A stretch of 64,000 nucleotides of DNA from an uncultured Thermoprotei archaeon (GTDB lineage Archaea; Thermoproteota; Thermoprotei; Thermofilales; B15-G2): positions 1 to 64,000 of the forward strand of contig CBDUKN010000009.1 in assembly GCA_965367815.1 (NCBI GenBank), written 5' to 3'. How positions within the stretch are numbered: position 1 is the first letter of the stretch; every line of letters begins with the position of its first letter. Below the pieces are notes generated by a model that ran no database searches, was not told where the DNA came from, and saw only the letters and a program-made list of their open reading frames with translations. Positions 10,138 through 20,314 of the stretch are shown here, in pieces. The position numbers and the translations under genes were made by a program.

Positions 10138-10305
10138 CTATGTACTGAACCGTTTACCAAAGATATCCATCATGTATTCTTCTCTAAAGTAGCATCTAAT
10201 AGCTCTTCGAATGAAATCAGACCGACTCTCAAAAAGACCTTTCTTTACTAGCTCGTCTATAGCCCTCAGCTGCTGTTCAGGTATTCTCACTGATATAGCT
10301 TTCAC
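10138..10305 (-). CDS. 55-aa ribbon-helix-helix regulator, CdrS/CopG-like (below ORF-track cut-off)
   Basis: GTG start; MKAISVRIPEQQLRAIDELVKKGLFESRSDFIRRAIRCYFREEYMMDIFGKRFST; alternating beta strand and SRS.FIR.AI pattern. Confidence 0.85.
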   Translation of the reverse strand: MKAISVRIPEQQLRAIDELVKKGLFESRSDFIRRAIRCYFREEYMMDIFGKRFST

Positions 10306-10449
10306 ATAAACTAAATAGCCTGCAGACTATTTAACTGTTTGTTACATTAAATCAGGTGATGTAACACACAATTAATCAGATAAGTTACCTGTGTCCTAGA
10401 TATATTTCTCGCCATTAGTGAATCTAACACTTATAAGTTCTCTCAAATA

Positions 10450-11274
10450 GTGATGTACGTGAAAGTACCACTATCCCTCATAGACTCCGGGCTGAGAGCC
10501 TTAGATATATTGTTTCCTCAAGGCTTCCCAAGAGGATCATTTATTCTAGTTTCAGGTGAAGCAGGAACAGGAAAAACAATATTTGTATATAACTTAACGA
10601 GAGCGTATTTAAAAAAGAGAGAAAAATGTATATTTATTTCACTAGATGAACCACCTTTTGTTATCGAGGAAAACATTGTCTCATCACCGGACAGCATTCC
10701 TCCAAAGTCTCTCACAATAATAGATTGTTTCAGTTTTAGGTCAAAATATCTACTATATTCAGGAAACAATGTGTCTACCAAACACTCAAATGTACTTTAT
10801 GTAAGTAATCCAAAGGATATTAAAGCTCTACAGAGACTTGTGCACTATACTGTAGAGAAATTCATGTCTATGAACAGAGGCTTAATAGTCATCGACTCTC
10901 TAACTGAAATGATTAGCCTATGCGATGCAAATTCATTTGTAGAGTTCGTTAAAACAATGCGCTCACTCTATGCGAGAAAACTCGGAATAACAGTCGTCGG
11001 CACACTTACTTTTGGAATAAAACTTCTTGAAGGCCTAGACGATCTATTGGACTATGTGGCCGACATAATCATCGACATGCGCTATGAGCCTGAGTATATG
11101 AGACAAGGACTTTTAGTAAGACAGCTTAGAGTAAGGAAAGCAAGAGGATGCCCGCATGACACACGGTGGCTTACATTTAGTGTAGAAAACGGCGAACTAT
11201 GTCCAGTGAACTTAATTTCTAATAAACATTACTTAAAAGTACCTGCTAGTAGAATAGATCCTCCTTTAGAATGA
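10450..11274 (+). CDS. Single-domain KaiC/RAD55-like ATPase
   Basis: SGLRALD, GEAGTGKT, IIDCF, IVIDSL, VRKARG. Confidence 0.88.
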   Translation: MMYVKVPLSLIDSGLRALDILFPQGFPRGSFILVSGEAGTGKTIFVYNLTRAYLKKREKCIFISLDEPPFVIEENIVSSPDSIPPKSLTIIDCFSFRSKYLLYSGNNVSTKHSNVLYVSNPKDIKALQRLVHYTVEKFMSMNRGLIVIDSLTEMISLCDANSFVEFVKTMRSLYARKLGITVVGTLTFGIKLLEGLDDLLDYVADIIIDMRYEPEYMRQGLLVRQLRVRKARGCPHDTRWLTFSVENGELCPVNLISNKHYLKVPASRIDPPLE

Positions 11275-13799
11275 GCTAATTCGTAAGTTTTACACGATAA
11301 TCCGTGCTCTTTTGCAATTTCTTCTAGATATTTTGCGTAGTTCTCGCTTTGAGTTGTAATGATAACCTGCTTCGAGAACTCTCTACTTCCAAGTAGTTTT
11401 CCTAAAGACTTTTTCAACTCTTCATCGATGTTAGGCAGTGGATCATCGAATATTATGAAATCTGCTGAATGGGGAGAAATTTTATTTAACGCAAAGACTA
11501 GCGAAAAAGCGAAGAGAATTTTTTGTCCATCGCTGAGAAACTGAATAGACGGAATTACTGCACCATCGCTGCGCTTTACGTAGAACATATACTTGTATCT
11601 ACCTTTCTTTTCTGCTTCAACAGCCTTAAGATTAATTTCTATTACATCTGGATGCACATAAATTTTTTCAAAAATAGAGTTTATTGTATTAATTATTTTA
11701 GTTATCGACTCATTTCTAATAACATCCTGTGCCTTAATATATGCTTCTTTAATTCTGGAAAACCTTTCAGCTAGCTCAGAGATTTTAGAATATTTTTCGG
11801 AGAGTTTACTGTATTCTTTTTCAAGTTCAGCAATAAGACCAAGCTTCTTTTTCGCCGATGAAATTTCTTTGGTGTAATAGTTAATTTCTTCAAGATATTT
11901 GTTTCTAAGCCTTTTAATTTCTATAAGCCTTTTATTTAGCGATTTTTTCTCATTAATTAATCTAACTCTCTCGGAAACTATAGTCTCTATATTCACTTCC
12001 TTTAACTCTAAGTCAAGCTTATCTAATTGCTCCTTTAAAGTCTCTATTTCTCTTTCTATTTTAGATATCTCATCATATTTACTTAAATAGCTTAATTTAT
12101 CTTCTATTTTAGATAATCTTCTTCGAAAACCGGAAAGAAAATTCCTCAAGTCATTGAGCTTATACTCTAATTCTTCTATTTCTTTATCAAGTTCATTTAT
12201 TCTCTCTTCTATTGCATCAATCTCGCTTTCAATACTACTCTTCAAAAGCCTTAATTCTTCCAATCTATTTATTTTTTCTGAAAGCTCCTCATATTTATTT
12301 AGTAGTTGTTTGTATTCTTCCATTTCAGCTAGTAGTTTTTCTCTTTTAATGAAAAGTTCTGATTTAGATTTAATTATTTCATTTAAATGTTGCTCTAAGT
12401 GCTCCTTTTCATTTTGAAGAATATCTTTACAGCATATAGGGCACTTAATGCGATCTTTTGACTTTAATTGACCCAGTATTTTTCGAATTAAAGCTATTCT
12501 ACAATCATCTTCCTTTAAGATATTATCTATTATACTCAACTCGTTTTCTATTTTCTTTAAATTCTTTTTAGCGTTTTCTATGTCGCCTATTTTAGCTAGA
12601 ATATGTGAGAATTCCTTCTCGGAGCTTTCAAGAAACTCTATCTCACTTATTACGTCTGATAATTGTGCTTGTTTTGAATCTTTAATAGCTTCCAGCTTAC
12701 TTTTCTGTCTTATAAGTTTACTTAATTCGCTTTGCAAATAAGATGATTTATTTTCTATACTGAAGTAGGCTTTTCTAAAGGTTTTAATTACCTCATCTAC
12801 ATTGTCTAAAGATATAGTTATTTTCTCTATTTTTTCAAGCTCATCTCCTAAGAGTAAGTCTGCAAGAAAGCCTGAGAGTTCAGCTTTAATACTCTCTAAT
12901 TGATATATTGCCTCCTCTATGATTTCTTCTTTCGACTGCCCTAGTGCTTTAAGATCTGCTTCTAGCTGGTGTTTTCTTCCGCTTAAATTTTCTAATTTTT
13001 TTATTAATTTTTCTTTTAATCTTTCTTTTTCTTTTATTTTACCATATATACTTGATATTTCGATTATTTTTTTATCAATTTCAGATATTTTCCCTAAGAT
13101 ATCTTTCTCTTCTTCATTAAGTTTGTTTATATTTTCTTTCAACTCATTTATTTTATGCTCATATAGCTTTATTTTTTGTATAATTTCATTTTTATTTAAA
13201 TAGCTAATATCTCTTTCTATTTGCTTCATTTTAAATGCAATATTGTTTTTTACTTCATCTATCTTCTTTACCGGTATACTAGCTGCTATTCTTCTGAATG
13301 CATCTATTCCAAGCATTTTATCTAAGATAATAGTCCTTCTTAAGGGTGAGCCGTAAGCAAGAGTTTCTAGGCTGCGGTGTCGAATTAGTATATAACGGAC
13401 AAAGTTTTCTAGAGATATTTTGAGCAATTCCTCACTTATTATTCTGTTTACTTGAGATGTTGTCGAAGCAATTTTTTGTCTTTCTTTGTAAAGAATACTT
13501 TTGAGAGATTTGTCTTTAAGCTTTTTCCTTTCTACTCGATATTCTACACCGTCTACTACGAAGTCTAATGCTATTCTAAAGTGATTGCTTATATTGTTTA
13601 TGTAGTCGTCAAGCTTAGCGCTTTTTTCTATATTTGTCTCATATGTTGCTCCGTAGAGCGCTAACTCAATAGCATTTAATATTGTAGACTTACCTACACC
13701 TACAGGACCCACTATTAGCGTCAGCTCTGAGGATAAGTCTAGTTTTATTGTTTCCGTGAAACATCTAAATCCATATATTTCAATTGATCTTAACAACAT
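11229..13799 (-). CDS. rkd4: Rad50/SMC-like coiled-coil ATPase, arcadin-4 by context
   Basis: GPVGVGKST Walker A, long coiled coils, central CPIC zinc hook, LSDGQ signature, IFDDP Walker B; last gene of the crenactin operon. Confidence 0.8.
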   Translation of the reverse strand: MLLRSIEIYGFRCFTETIKLDLSSELTLIVGPVGVGKSTILNAIELALYGATYETNIEKSAKLDDYINNISNHFRIALDFVVDGVEYRVERKKLKDKSLKSILYKERQKIASTTSQVNRIISEELLKISLENFVRYILIRHRSLETLAYGSPLRRTIILDKMLGIDAFRRIAASIPVKKIDEVKNNIAFKMKQIERDISYLNKNEIIQKIKLYEHKINELKENINKLNEEEKDILGKISEIDKKIIEISSIYGKIKEKERLKEKLIKKLENLSGRKHQLEADLKALGQSKEEIIEEAIYQLESIKAELSGFLADLLLGDELEKIEKITISLDNVDEVIKTFRKAYFSIENKSSYLQSELSKLIRQKSKLEAIKDSKQAQLSDVISEIEFLESSEKEFSHILAKIGDIENAKKNLKKIENELSIIDNILKEDDCRIALIRKILGQLKSKDRIKCPICCKDILQNEKEHLEQHLNEIIKSKSELFIKREKLLAEMEEYKQLLNKYEELSEKINRLEELRLLKSSIESEIDAIEERINELDKEIEELEYKLNDLRNFLSGFRRRLSKIEDKLSYLSKYDEISKIEREIETLKEQLDKLDLELKEVNIETIVSERVRLINEKKSLNKRLIEIKRLRNKYLEEINYYTKEISSAKKKLGLIAELEKEYSKLSEKYSKISELAERFSRIKEAYIKAQDVIRNESITKIINTINSIFEKIYVHPDVIEINLKAVEAEKKGRYKYMFYVKRSDGAVIPSIQFLSDGQKILFAFSLVFALNKISPHSADFIIFDDPLPNIDEELKKSLGKLLGSREFSKQVIITTQSENYAKYLEEIAKEHGLSCKTYELAHSKGGSILLAGTFK

Positions 13800-13801
13800 A
13801 G

Positions 13802-13984
13802 TTACTTCTCCTCAAGATATTTTTTAATAATTTCTTTAATTTTCTCTTTTAATATAATTCTACCTCCAGTGATGTACGCTTTATACAACTCAATTGCAAT
13901 ACTATAGTCCTCCTCATCACCTATTATCTCTTTAAGAATCTCTTCAGGAGCTCTTAGTTTTACTTCCTCGCTACTATTTCTCAT
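13802..13984 (-). CDS. rkd3: Small protein, arcadin-3 by position
   Basis: 60 aa between arcadin-2 and the SMC-like gene, tightly coupled. Confidence 0.65.
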   Translation of the reverse strand: MRNSSEEVKLRAPEEILKEIIGDEEDYSIAIELYKAYITGGRIILKEKIKEIIKKYLEEK

Positions 13985-13986
13985 AG

Positions 13987-14817
13987 TTATCTACCTCTTT
14001 TGCTCAATACATTAAGCCAAGGATTATCTACAAGATAATCTGGTAACTCCTCATCAGATTCCCTAGACACTGACTTTGATAAACTAACTTCACTTACTCT
14101 TACCGTACTCAGCGCAGTTCTGCCTTTAATGTATTCTATTTCTTTTTCAAGAACTTTAAGCCTACTCAGTATTCTCTCTAGCTCCCCTGAAAAAGCAGCA
14201 CTCGAGCCAGCCGATACCTTAGAGACTTTATTTTCTATTTCTTGGACAATAGTATCCAATTTATCTAAATGCGATTTTATTAATGAAACCTCATCTATTA
14301 ATACCATTAATTTATCTTCAAGCTCTTTTATCTTTGTCTTGAGCTCTCGTATCTCAGATATTGTCTGGACCTTTTTACTTGAAAAAGAAGGAAAAGCTTC
14401 TTCTATTTTACCATGAGAATATATCAGTACACCTACACCACACTCCTTGAGAAGCCTTCCATCAATATATCTTGGTGAGTAAATGCCTTTGGGTAGAAGT
14501 AAGTAAACTTTATCTGCTAAACTAGCATATTTTGACGCTTTAGCTAAATAAGCTAAAATAGTACTTTTACTTATCTCTCCTTTCACTATTCTAGGAACAA
14601 GTACAAATATTATATTATTACCATCTCTTAGTATTAAATCTACATTCTTTACAGTATCTTCATCAAATACTTTTTCTGCTTCAGTAGTAGGAACTATACT
14701 CCATCCTTTACGTGATACAAAATATTCTTTCGCTAATTCCAATAATCTTTCCTTAGAAAAAAGTATGAACTCGTTTACCTCCACTTGTACCATCCCTCTC
14801 TTTTCTCCCAACTCCAC
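13987..14817 (-). CDS. rkd2: Arcadin-2 (crenactin-binding protein)
   Basis: Directly follows crenactin; globular N-domain, coiled coil, C-terminal DNPWLNVLSKR helix resembling the NEWVKILRSKR tail of Pyrobaculum arcadin-2. Confidence 0.82.
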   Translation of the reverse strand: MELGEKRGMVQVEVNEFILFSKERLLELAKEYFVSRKGWSIVPTTEAEKVFDEDTVKNVDLILRDGNNIIFVLVPRIVKGEISKSTILAYLAKASKYASLADKVYLLLPKGIYSPRYIDGRLLKECGVGVLIYSHGKIEEAFPSFSSKKVQTISEIRELKTKIKELEDKLMVLIDEVSLIKSHLDKLDTIVQEIENKVSKVSAGSSAAFSGELERILSRLKVLEKEIEYIKGRTALSTVRVSEVSLSKSVSRESDEELPDYLVDNPWLNVLSKRGR

Positions 14818-16031
14818 TCATAGTCTAATGGTACTGCAACGCTCCAGACTATACATCCCTTCCATACAGCATACTGAGGATCTACAGTGAGCTTTACTCC
14901 TGCATCGATATCAAATCTCTTTAAGAGCAGCTTAACTTTAATAGGAGCATCACACGCTACATCCTCGAGTCCTGGAGGAACTTTCCACATAAAGTTTCCT
15001 CCGCTCAAAATAACTTTCTTGTATACCTCTTCTTGTATTTCTAGAGATACTTTCTCAACCGATCTAACAATAGCTTCTCCTAAGTCTATTTCGCCGGGCA
15101 AGATATCGTCTCCAAGTCTTCCTTCCCTAATAGCAAATCCTCTCTTGTAGTAGCTGGCAAATATTTCGTGAGATGGATTAAACACTATTTCACCTATTAG
15201 AAACCTCATCCAGGCCTCCTTTTCTAGCTCAATACATATGGTAGTTCCAGGAAATCTATAAGATACTTTAAATCTCTCGGGATTTGCTTTAGCTTCAGTT
15301 ATGGCTTTATCTAGGTCTATTGGAACTAGCCCTATAAGCTCCTTTACTTTTCTGACAACAGTTTCTTCTCTAGCCAGATCAGAGTATCCAGCATCTCTTA
15401 GTATTTCTGCAGTTATCATATCGGCTTCAGCTCCACCTCTGTTTAAAACAGCAATAGCATCTGAAATAGCTCTGAGAGAAATTGGACAGATTTGCGTGTT
15501 TCCGTGACCCGACTCTACGACCACACACTTAGTTTCCTTATTGGCAATAGCAACTGCAAGAGGTTGAGGAATTATGCTAACGGCCCTTACCAAACCCGTC
15601 TCTTCATCTATTTTCTCATGAATTTCGAATATTTTTTCATACATATAGTTAGGAGCTACAGCCGAAAGTGCTGCCGTTACGCAGTATCCCTTAAAGTCGG
15701 GACCTAAAACTTTATACTTCATTAAACCGTACTTCGTTACTTCGTAGATTACCCTCCATGCTCTCACATCTTCCTTAGCTATAATACCGTCCTTCATAGG
15801 GTAAACGAGATTGCGCTGCACTTCTTCTTTCGTTCCAAGATAATCTCTATACTCTGGTCCAACTATTAGGTCTTTATCAATACCATAAAGTCTTCTAATC
15901 AGCTTATCTTCTATAAAGTATCCTGCATTTTCAATAATATCGGGTTTCTCCTTAATAGGACCAAATTTATAGAACCGCGTACCGTAGTCCTCGCCGAACG
16001 AATACTTCTTTTTATACTCTTCTATACTCAT
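14775..16031 (-). CDS. Crenactin (archaeal actin)
   Basis: FGEDYGT phosphate-1, YPMKDGII, VESGHGNTQ phosphate-2, LNRGG, VILSGGNF, PQYAVWKG. Confidence 0.96.
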   Translation of the reverse strand: MSIEEYKKKYSFGEDYGTRFYKFGPIKEKPDIIENAGYFIEDKLIRRLYGIDKDLIVGPEYRDYLGTKEEVQRNLVYPMKDGIIAKEDVRAWRVIYEVTKYGLMKYKVLGPDFKGYCVTAALSAVAPNYMYEKIFEIHEKIDEETGLVRAVSIIPQPLAVAIANKETKCVVVESGHGNTQICPISLRAISDAIAVLNRGGAEADMITAEILRDAGYSDLAREETVVRKVKELIGLVPIDLDKAITEAKANPERFKVSYRFPGTTICIELEKEAWMRFLIGEIVFNPSHEIFASYYKRGFAIREGRLGDDILPGEIDLGEAIVRSVEKVSLEIQEEVYKKVILSGGNFMWKVPPGLEDVACDAPIKVKLLLKRFDIDAGVKLTVDPQYAVWKGCIVWSVAVPLDYEWSWEKREGWYKWR

Positions 16032-16169
16032 AGTTTTTTCACCGTGTATTCACTACCCTACTTTACAAAGTCTCTGCGTACTATAAGGATTTTATGCTTA
16101 TTAGCTATTTCAGAGAGAAGACTGAAACTGTTCAGGAACCAATATCCTTAGCACACTATATTTTCAAAA

Positions 16170-16388
16170 TTATCCCCAGGCACCGACGATATATTTTAGC
16201 TGAGCTATCCTATCCATTACTTCAATGTATTTCTTTTCGATATCGCGTTTCTTTCTATCAAAATCTTCTTGAGAAATAATCCCCTTATCTTTCTTCTCTA
16301 TTAATTCTTCCATCTCTTTTTCCAACTCTTCCTTTTTCTTTAGTAGTTTTTCTAATGCTTCTTGAGGAGACTTTCCCTCAAAACTCAT
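16170..16388 (-). CDS. 72-aa coiled-coil hypothetical protein
   Basis: Highly charged helical hairpin; TATA-like TTTAAATA upstream; same strand as crenactin. Confidence 0.75.
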   Translation of the reverse strand: MSFEGKSPQEALEKLLKKKEELEKEMEELIEKKDKGIISQEDFDRKKRDIEKKYIEVMDRIAQLKYIVGAWG

Positions 16389-16441
16389 AATTAGGCTTAA
16401 GTAAACACGTATTTAAACTTAGTCACAACAATACTTATACT

Positions 16442-16822
16442 ATGAGTATCGAAACTCTTGAGGTAGTTTTCGAGTTCGAAAAAGCAGGCACAGCCGAAGG
16501 AATACTACGAAGATATCTAGCCCCCTTAACTATAGAACATTTAGCAAAGAAATTACCTATATTCTCTACAGCTAACTCGATTCAAGGAATAATTTTCATA
16601 CCAATAGACTTAAGAATAGGATTTGAAAAAAGCAAAAATAATGTAAAAGAAAGAGAAATCTTCTACATACCACAGAATAAAGCAATAGGAATTTCCTTAA
16701 CAAATTTCAGTAAACTGCCCTTTAGAGTAAATCCTATGGGCGAAATAACTAGCGAAACTTTAAGCATCTTAAGAAATGTCAGACGAGGAGAGAGAGTTAA
16801 AATACTCCCTAAAAGTAGATAA
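16442..16822 (+). CDS. Cyclophilin-like fold protein
   Basis: LAPLTI...LP, IFYIP...IGI, VNPMG pattern. Confidence 0.65.
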   Translation: MSIETLEVVFEFEKAGTAEGILRRYLAPLTIEHLAKKLPIFSTANSIQGIIFIPIDLRIGFEKSKNNVKEREIFYIPQNKAIGISLTNFSKLPFRVNPMGEITSETLSILRNVRRGERVKILPKSR

Positions 16823-16828
16823 AGAGAA

Positions 16829-17201
16829 TATGTCAACAAGAGATGTAAAGTCGCTAAAAGATATTAGACCCTGCATTAAAGTAAAAGTGTCTTCGATAAA
16901 CGACTTGGCTAGATATGCTGCATCCATAGCCTCTTCTAGGCCTTTTTCTACAACATGTGTTCTTCACTTTAAAGAAAACAACAAAAATATTTACGGAATT
17001 CTCGCTGTGTTTAACGACTACTATAATCTTTACGGACTACCAATATTCTACTACTATGAAACACAAGAAGAACTTAAAGGAAACTACATTCTAGTCAAAT
17101 TAGATGAAACATCTGAGAAAATTCTGATTTCTAATGGATCAAAACCAGGATGGCTTCATATACCAATAATTTCTTTAGCAGAAAAACCTCAGTTTCTATA
17201 G
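16829..17201 (+). CDS. Conserved crenarchaeal hypothetical protein (start probably MSTRD)
   Basis: IKVSSINDLARYA, YYNLYGLPIFYY, IPII; follows the previous stop codon. Confidence 0.7.
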
Positions 17202-17209
17202 GTGAAACA

Positions 17210-17494
17210 ATGTACATAAATAGCTTTTTAAGCATACTCATAGCACTGACAGCCTATGCTACTGTAATAATTCTCGTATTTACAGGAAAAGGGAAAAAGT
17301 ACAGGTTTCAGAGAATTTACGCTAAAGCTCTTACAAGCGTTATTGTATCATACATTCTGCTATCAGTATTCATATTTATTTTACTGACCCCAACTTACGC
17401 AAGCTTTACTGCAGCCACAATACTGTTTATATCATCTCTTATGCTACCTCCTTTCTCCTGGTTCCTAGTGATAAAATACTGGAGCGAAGAATAA
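17210..17494 (+). CDS. Small membrane protein (3 TM segments)
   Basis: GGTGA RBS before ATG at 17210; three hydrophobic stretches. Confidence 0.7.
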   Translation: MYINSFLSILIALTAYATVIILVFTGKGKKYRFQRIYAKALTSVIVSYILLSVFIFILLTPTYASFTAATILFISSLMLPPFSWFLVIKYWSEE

Positions 17495-17596
17495 CAGTAG
17501 AGTTAATACTTAGGAACCGAAGTTTCAGTATTTTTGAAAAACCGAATTAAATAAAAGCGTTGAAGAACTAGAAAAAACTAATTTTATTGAATGCTT

Positions 17597-17890
17597 TTAC
17601 TTCTTTACTCTCTCTAGAACTATTTCAATTGTTGAAACTGTTCTCTCTTTTCCTGGTTCTCCTACCTTCTCGCTACTAATCTTGACTTCTTTTACTGTTA
17701 TCTGGTCGGGTAGGAATCTTGTTCTAGTTATCTCAGCAGTATCTACTGCCTTAGAGATAGCTCTTCCTCGAGCCTTGATAATTACTCGGTCTACACCTTG
17801 GTTAAATTGAATTACTGTTGCTAGTACGTAGTTCATAGTGGGCTTTTGGCCTACTAGTATTATTCCCTCACTAGGTTTTTCGGTAGACAT
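17597..17890 (-). CDS. albA: Chromatin protein Alba
   Basis: VGQKPTMNYV, KARGRAISKAVD, VSTIEIVL. Confidence 0.97.
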   Translation of the reverse strand: MSTEKPSEGIILVGQKPTMNYVLATVIQFNQGVDRVIIKARGRAISKAVDTAEITRTRFLPDQITVKEVKISSEKVGEPGKERTVSTIEIVLERVKK

Positions 17891-18051
17891 TCTCTCACCC
17901 TGTAGCGCCTTTTTAAAAGTGTTGCTTAATATATAAATTTTTCGGGCTAATCAACTATGTTTTTTGCAATATTTTCAAAAATTTAGACAAAATAACTCAG
18001 AGACCTAAGAAGTGAGGTAAGAATATAAAAGTGTAAGCAAAAGAGAAAAGC

Positions 18052-18399
18052 GTGGTATCAACTCATGTAGTTGTGAAAGGAATCGTTGTGAGCAAGAGTC
18101 TTACAACAGACGCTTTAGGAACAAGAATTATTAAAATAGAGATTGCCGAGGAAAGAGAACTGCCAGGGCCTATAATTATGCAGCCTCGTGACTCTACATT
18201 AGCCAAAGAAATTATTCCAATAGTCTCACAGGTAATGAGAGCTCTCCCTCCATTCTCGCAAAATAAAGTAATGACGCCTCGTGCAGTTATCTTTCTAACA
18301 GAAGACGAATGGGATAGAATAATAGATAAATTTGATATAGGCGATGAAGTAGAGATTTTAATAGAAAAAGGAAAAATAAGTATCAAAAAGAGTGGTTAA
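18052..18399 (+). CDS. rkd1: Arcadin-1
   Basis: [38 protein letters not shown] match my recollection of Pyrobaculum arcadin-1; 2 kb from crenactin. Confidence 0.88.
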   Translation: MVSTHVVVKGIVVSKSLTTDALGTRIIKIEIAEERELPGPIIMQPRDSTLAKEIIPIVSQVMRALPPFSQNKVMTPRAVIFLTEDEWDRIIDKFDIGDEVEILIEKGKISIKKSG

Positions 18400-18650
18400 T
18401 CGATCTCCAGTGCTTGTAAAGGTATATCTTGGTACTTCCCATTAGGCAGTCTGCGCCTTATAATTATTGGCAGTACCTTTGCTTTGAGCTCAAGTCTAGC
18501 GATTTCTATAGGATCAGTTAGCCCTTTAGGTATCTCTATCAGTACTGGTGCTCCTAGAGCTATTTGCAGAGCCCTAGCCCCTATGATCCTAGATTTCTCA
18601 TATCTAGTTAACTTAGGCGGCCCTATAATTTTTAAAGTTAAATCACTCAT
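18396..18650 (-). CDS. rpoK: RNA polymerase subunit K (Rpo6)
   Basis: [23 protein letters not shown]. Confidence 0.97.
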   Translation of the reverse strand: MSDLTLKIIGPPKLTRYEKSRIIGARALQIALGAPVLIEIPKGLTDPIEIARLELKAKVLPIIIRRRLPNGKYQDIPLQALEID

Positions 18651-20314
18651 TCACTCTCAGACTCCTTTTCTTCCTCAAATCCTTTTTCCTCTTCTCCCTT
18701 CTTTTCGCTTTCTTTCGGTGGAGCTGCTGCTATGATATCGTCTATTCTCAGTATCATTATTGCTGCCTCTGTAGCTGACTTAAGTGTCTGTTTCTTTACT
18801 ATAGCTGGCTCTAGTACATTGAGCTCCCACATGTTAGCAATTCTAGCGTTTAGCACATCTACTCCTGCCCATATTTCATTCTTCTCGTGGCGAGCTCTTA
18901 GCTCGACAAGAGCATCTACTGGATCTATTCCAGCGTTATTGGCTAGTATTACTGGTATTGACTCAATGGCCTCAGCGTACTTCAATACAGCTAACTGTTC
19001 TTTGCTTGGTAGCTTCTTGGCAAACTCCCTTAGTCTTCTTGCTACCTCCATTTCAGGAGCTCCTCCTCCTGCAAGAATCTTTGGCTCTCTTATAACGTTC
19101 CTGATTACACACAGTGCATCGTGCAGTGCTCTTTCAGCTTCATCTACTATGTGCTCAGCTCCTCCTCTTATGAGTATTGTCACTGCCTTAGGGGTCGGAC
19201 ACTGCTCTATGAATACCATCTTGTCTTCGCCTACTTTTCTCTCCTCTACTAGACCTGCAGTACCGAGGTCTTCTGGAGATAAGTCCTCTACACTTGTAAC
19301 TATTCTGGCTCCTGTAGCTCTAGCTATTTTCTCCATGTCAGACCTCTTTACTCTTCTTACTGCTAGAATTCCTTTCTTCGCCAAGTAGTGCTGAGCTAAG
19401 TCGTCAATACCTTTCTGCACTATTACTACGTTAGCTCCAGTACTGGCTATTTTGTCGATCATTTCCTTGAGGATTTCTGACTCTTGGTCTAGAAACGCTC
19501 TCAGCTGATCAGGGCTTGTCACATGGATCTTTGTACTCCATTCAGGCTTCTCTATTTCTAGTGGACAGTCTAGTAGAGCTATCTTAGCATTCTCGATTCT
19601 CTTAGGCATATCGGGGTGAACGACTTCCTTGTCAAGTACTATACCCTTAACGAGAACACTTTCTTCAATAGATTTGCCCTTCTTCTTTTCTACCTTAATG
19701 TTGTCTAGATCCAACTTATATCCGCTGTCAGTTTTCTCAACTACGTAGAGTGCTGCTTCTACTGCTAAATCTGCTAAGAATTCCTTAAATTCTGCGACAA
19801 CTTTGCTTCCTAAAGAAGTCATAGCAACGTGCTTGAGTATGTTCTTGTCCAGAGGATCTACTTTTACAGCAATATCATCAATTACTCCAAGGGCAAAGTC
19901 TAGAGCTTTCTTGTATCCGTCACATATTATTGTCGGGTGAATTTCCTGGTCAAGTAGCTCGCTCGCTACTCTGAGAAATTCTCCGGCAAGTACTACCGAT
20001 GTTGTTGTACCGTCTCCAACTTCATCGTCCTGAGCCTTAGCTACCTCTACAAGCATTTTCGCTGCTGGATGCTGAACATCCATTTCTTTCAGGATCGTAG
20101 CCCCGTCTCCTGTTATTGTGGCGCTTCCGAAGGAGTCTACAAGAAGCTTGTCCATTCCCCTTGGACCAAGGGAGCTAGCCAGAGCCTCCGCTATTACTCG
20201 CGCAGCCAGAATGTTAGTTCTTCTAGCCTCTTTACCGACTGTTCTCGAAGTACCTTCCTTTAGAATCAATGCGGGTATACTTGCTTTAGCACTCATATTC
20301 TCACCAGCAAACAA
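18647..20314 (-). CDS. ths: Thermosome (group II chaperonin) subunit
   Basis: [26 protein letters not shown]. Confidence 0.97.
   Translation of the reverse strand: MFAGENMSAKASIPALILKEGTSRTVGKEARRTNILAARVIAEALASSLGPRGMDKLLVDSFGSATITGDGATILKEMDVQHPAAKMLVEVAKAQDDEVGDGTTTSVVLAGEFLRVASELLDQEIHPTIICDGYKKALDFALGVIDDIAVKVDPLDKNILKHVAMTSLGSKVVAEFKEFLADLAVEAALYVVEKTDSGYKLDLDNIKVEKKKGKSIEESVLVKGIVLDKEVVHPDMPKRIENAKIALLDCPLEIEKPEWSTKIHVTSPDQLRAFLDQESEILKEMIDKIASTGANVVIVQKGIDDLAQHYLAKKGILAVRRVKRSDMEKIARATGARIVTSVEDLSPEDLGTAGLVEERKVGEDKMVFIEQCPTPKAVTILIRGGAEHIVDEAERALHDALCVIRNVIREPKILAGGGAPEMEVARRLREFAKKLPSKEQLAVLKYAEAIESIPVILANNAGIDPVDALVELRARHEKNEIWAGVDVLNARIANMWELNVLEPAIVKKQTLKSATEAAIMILRIDDIIAAAPPKESEKKGEEEKGFEEEKESESE

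Noticed and set aside
9298-11274. Circadian clock (KaiABC)
   Set aside because: Single-domain KaiC-like proteins with no kaiA or kaiB.
11229-13799. Canonical DNA-repair Rad50 or condensin SMC
   Set aside because: No mre11, herA, nurA or scpA nearby; altered motifs; position in the crenactin operon.
18732-19388. Long antisense ORFs (also 33312-33761, 46682-47185, 55147-55635 and others)
   Set aside because: Shadow frames opposite well-conserved genes, with Ser/Ile/Phe-rich composition.
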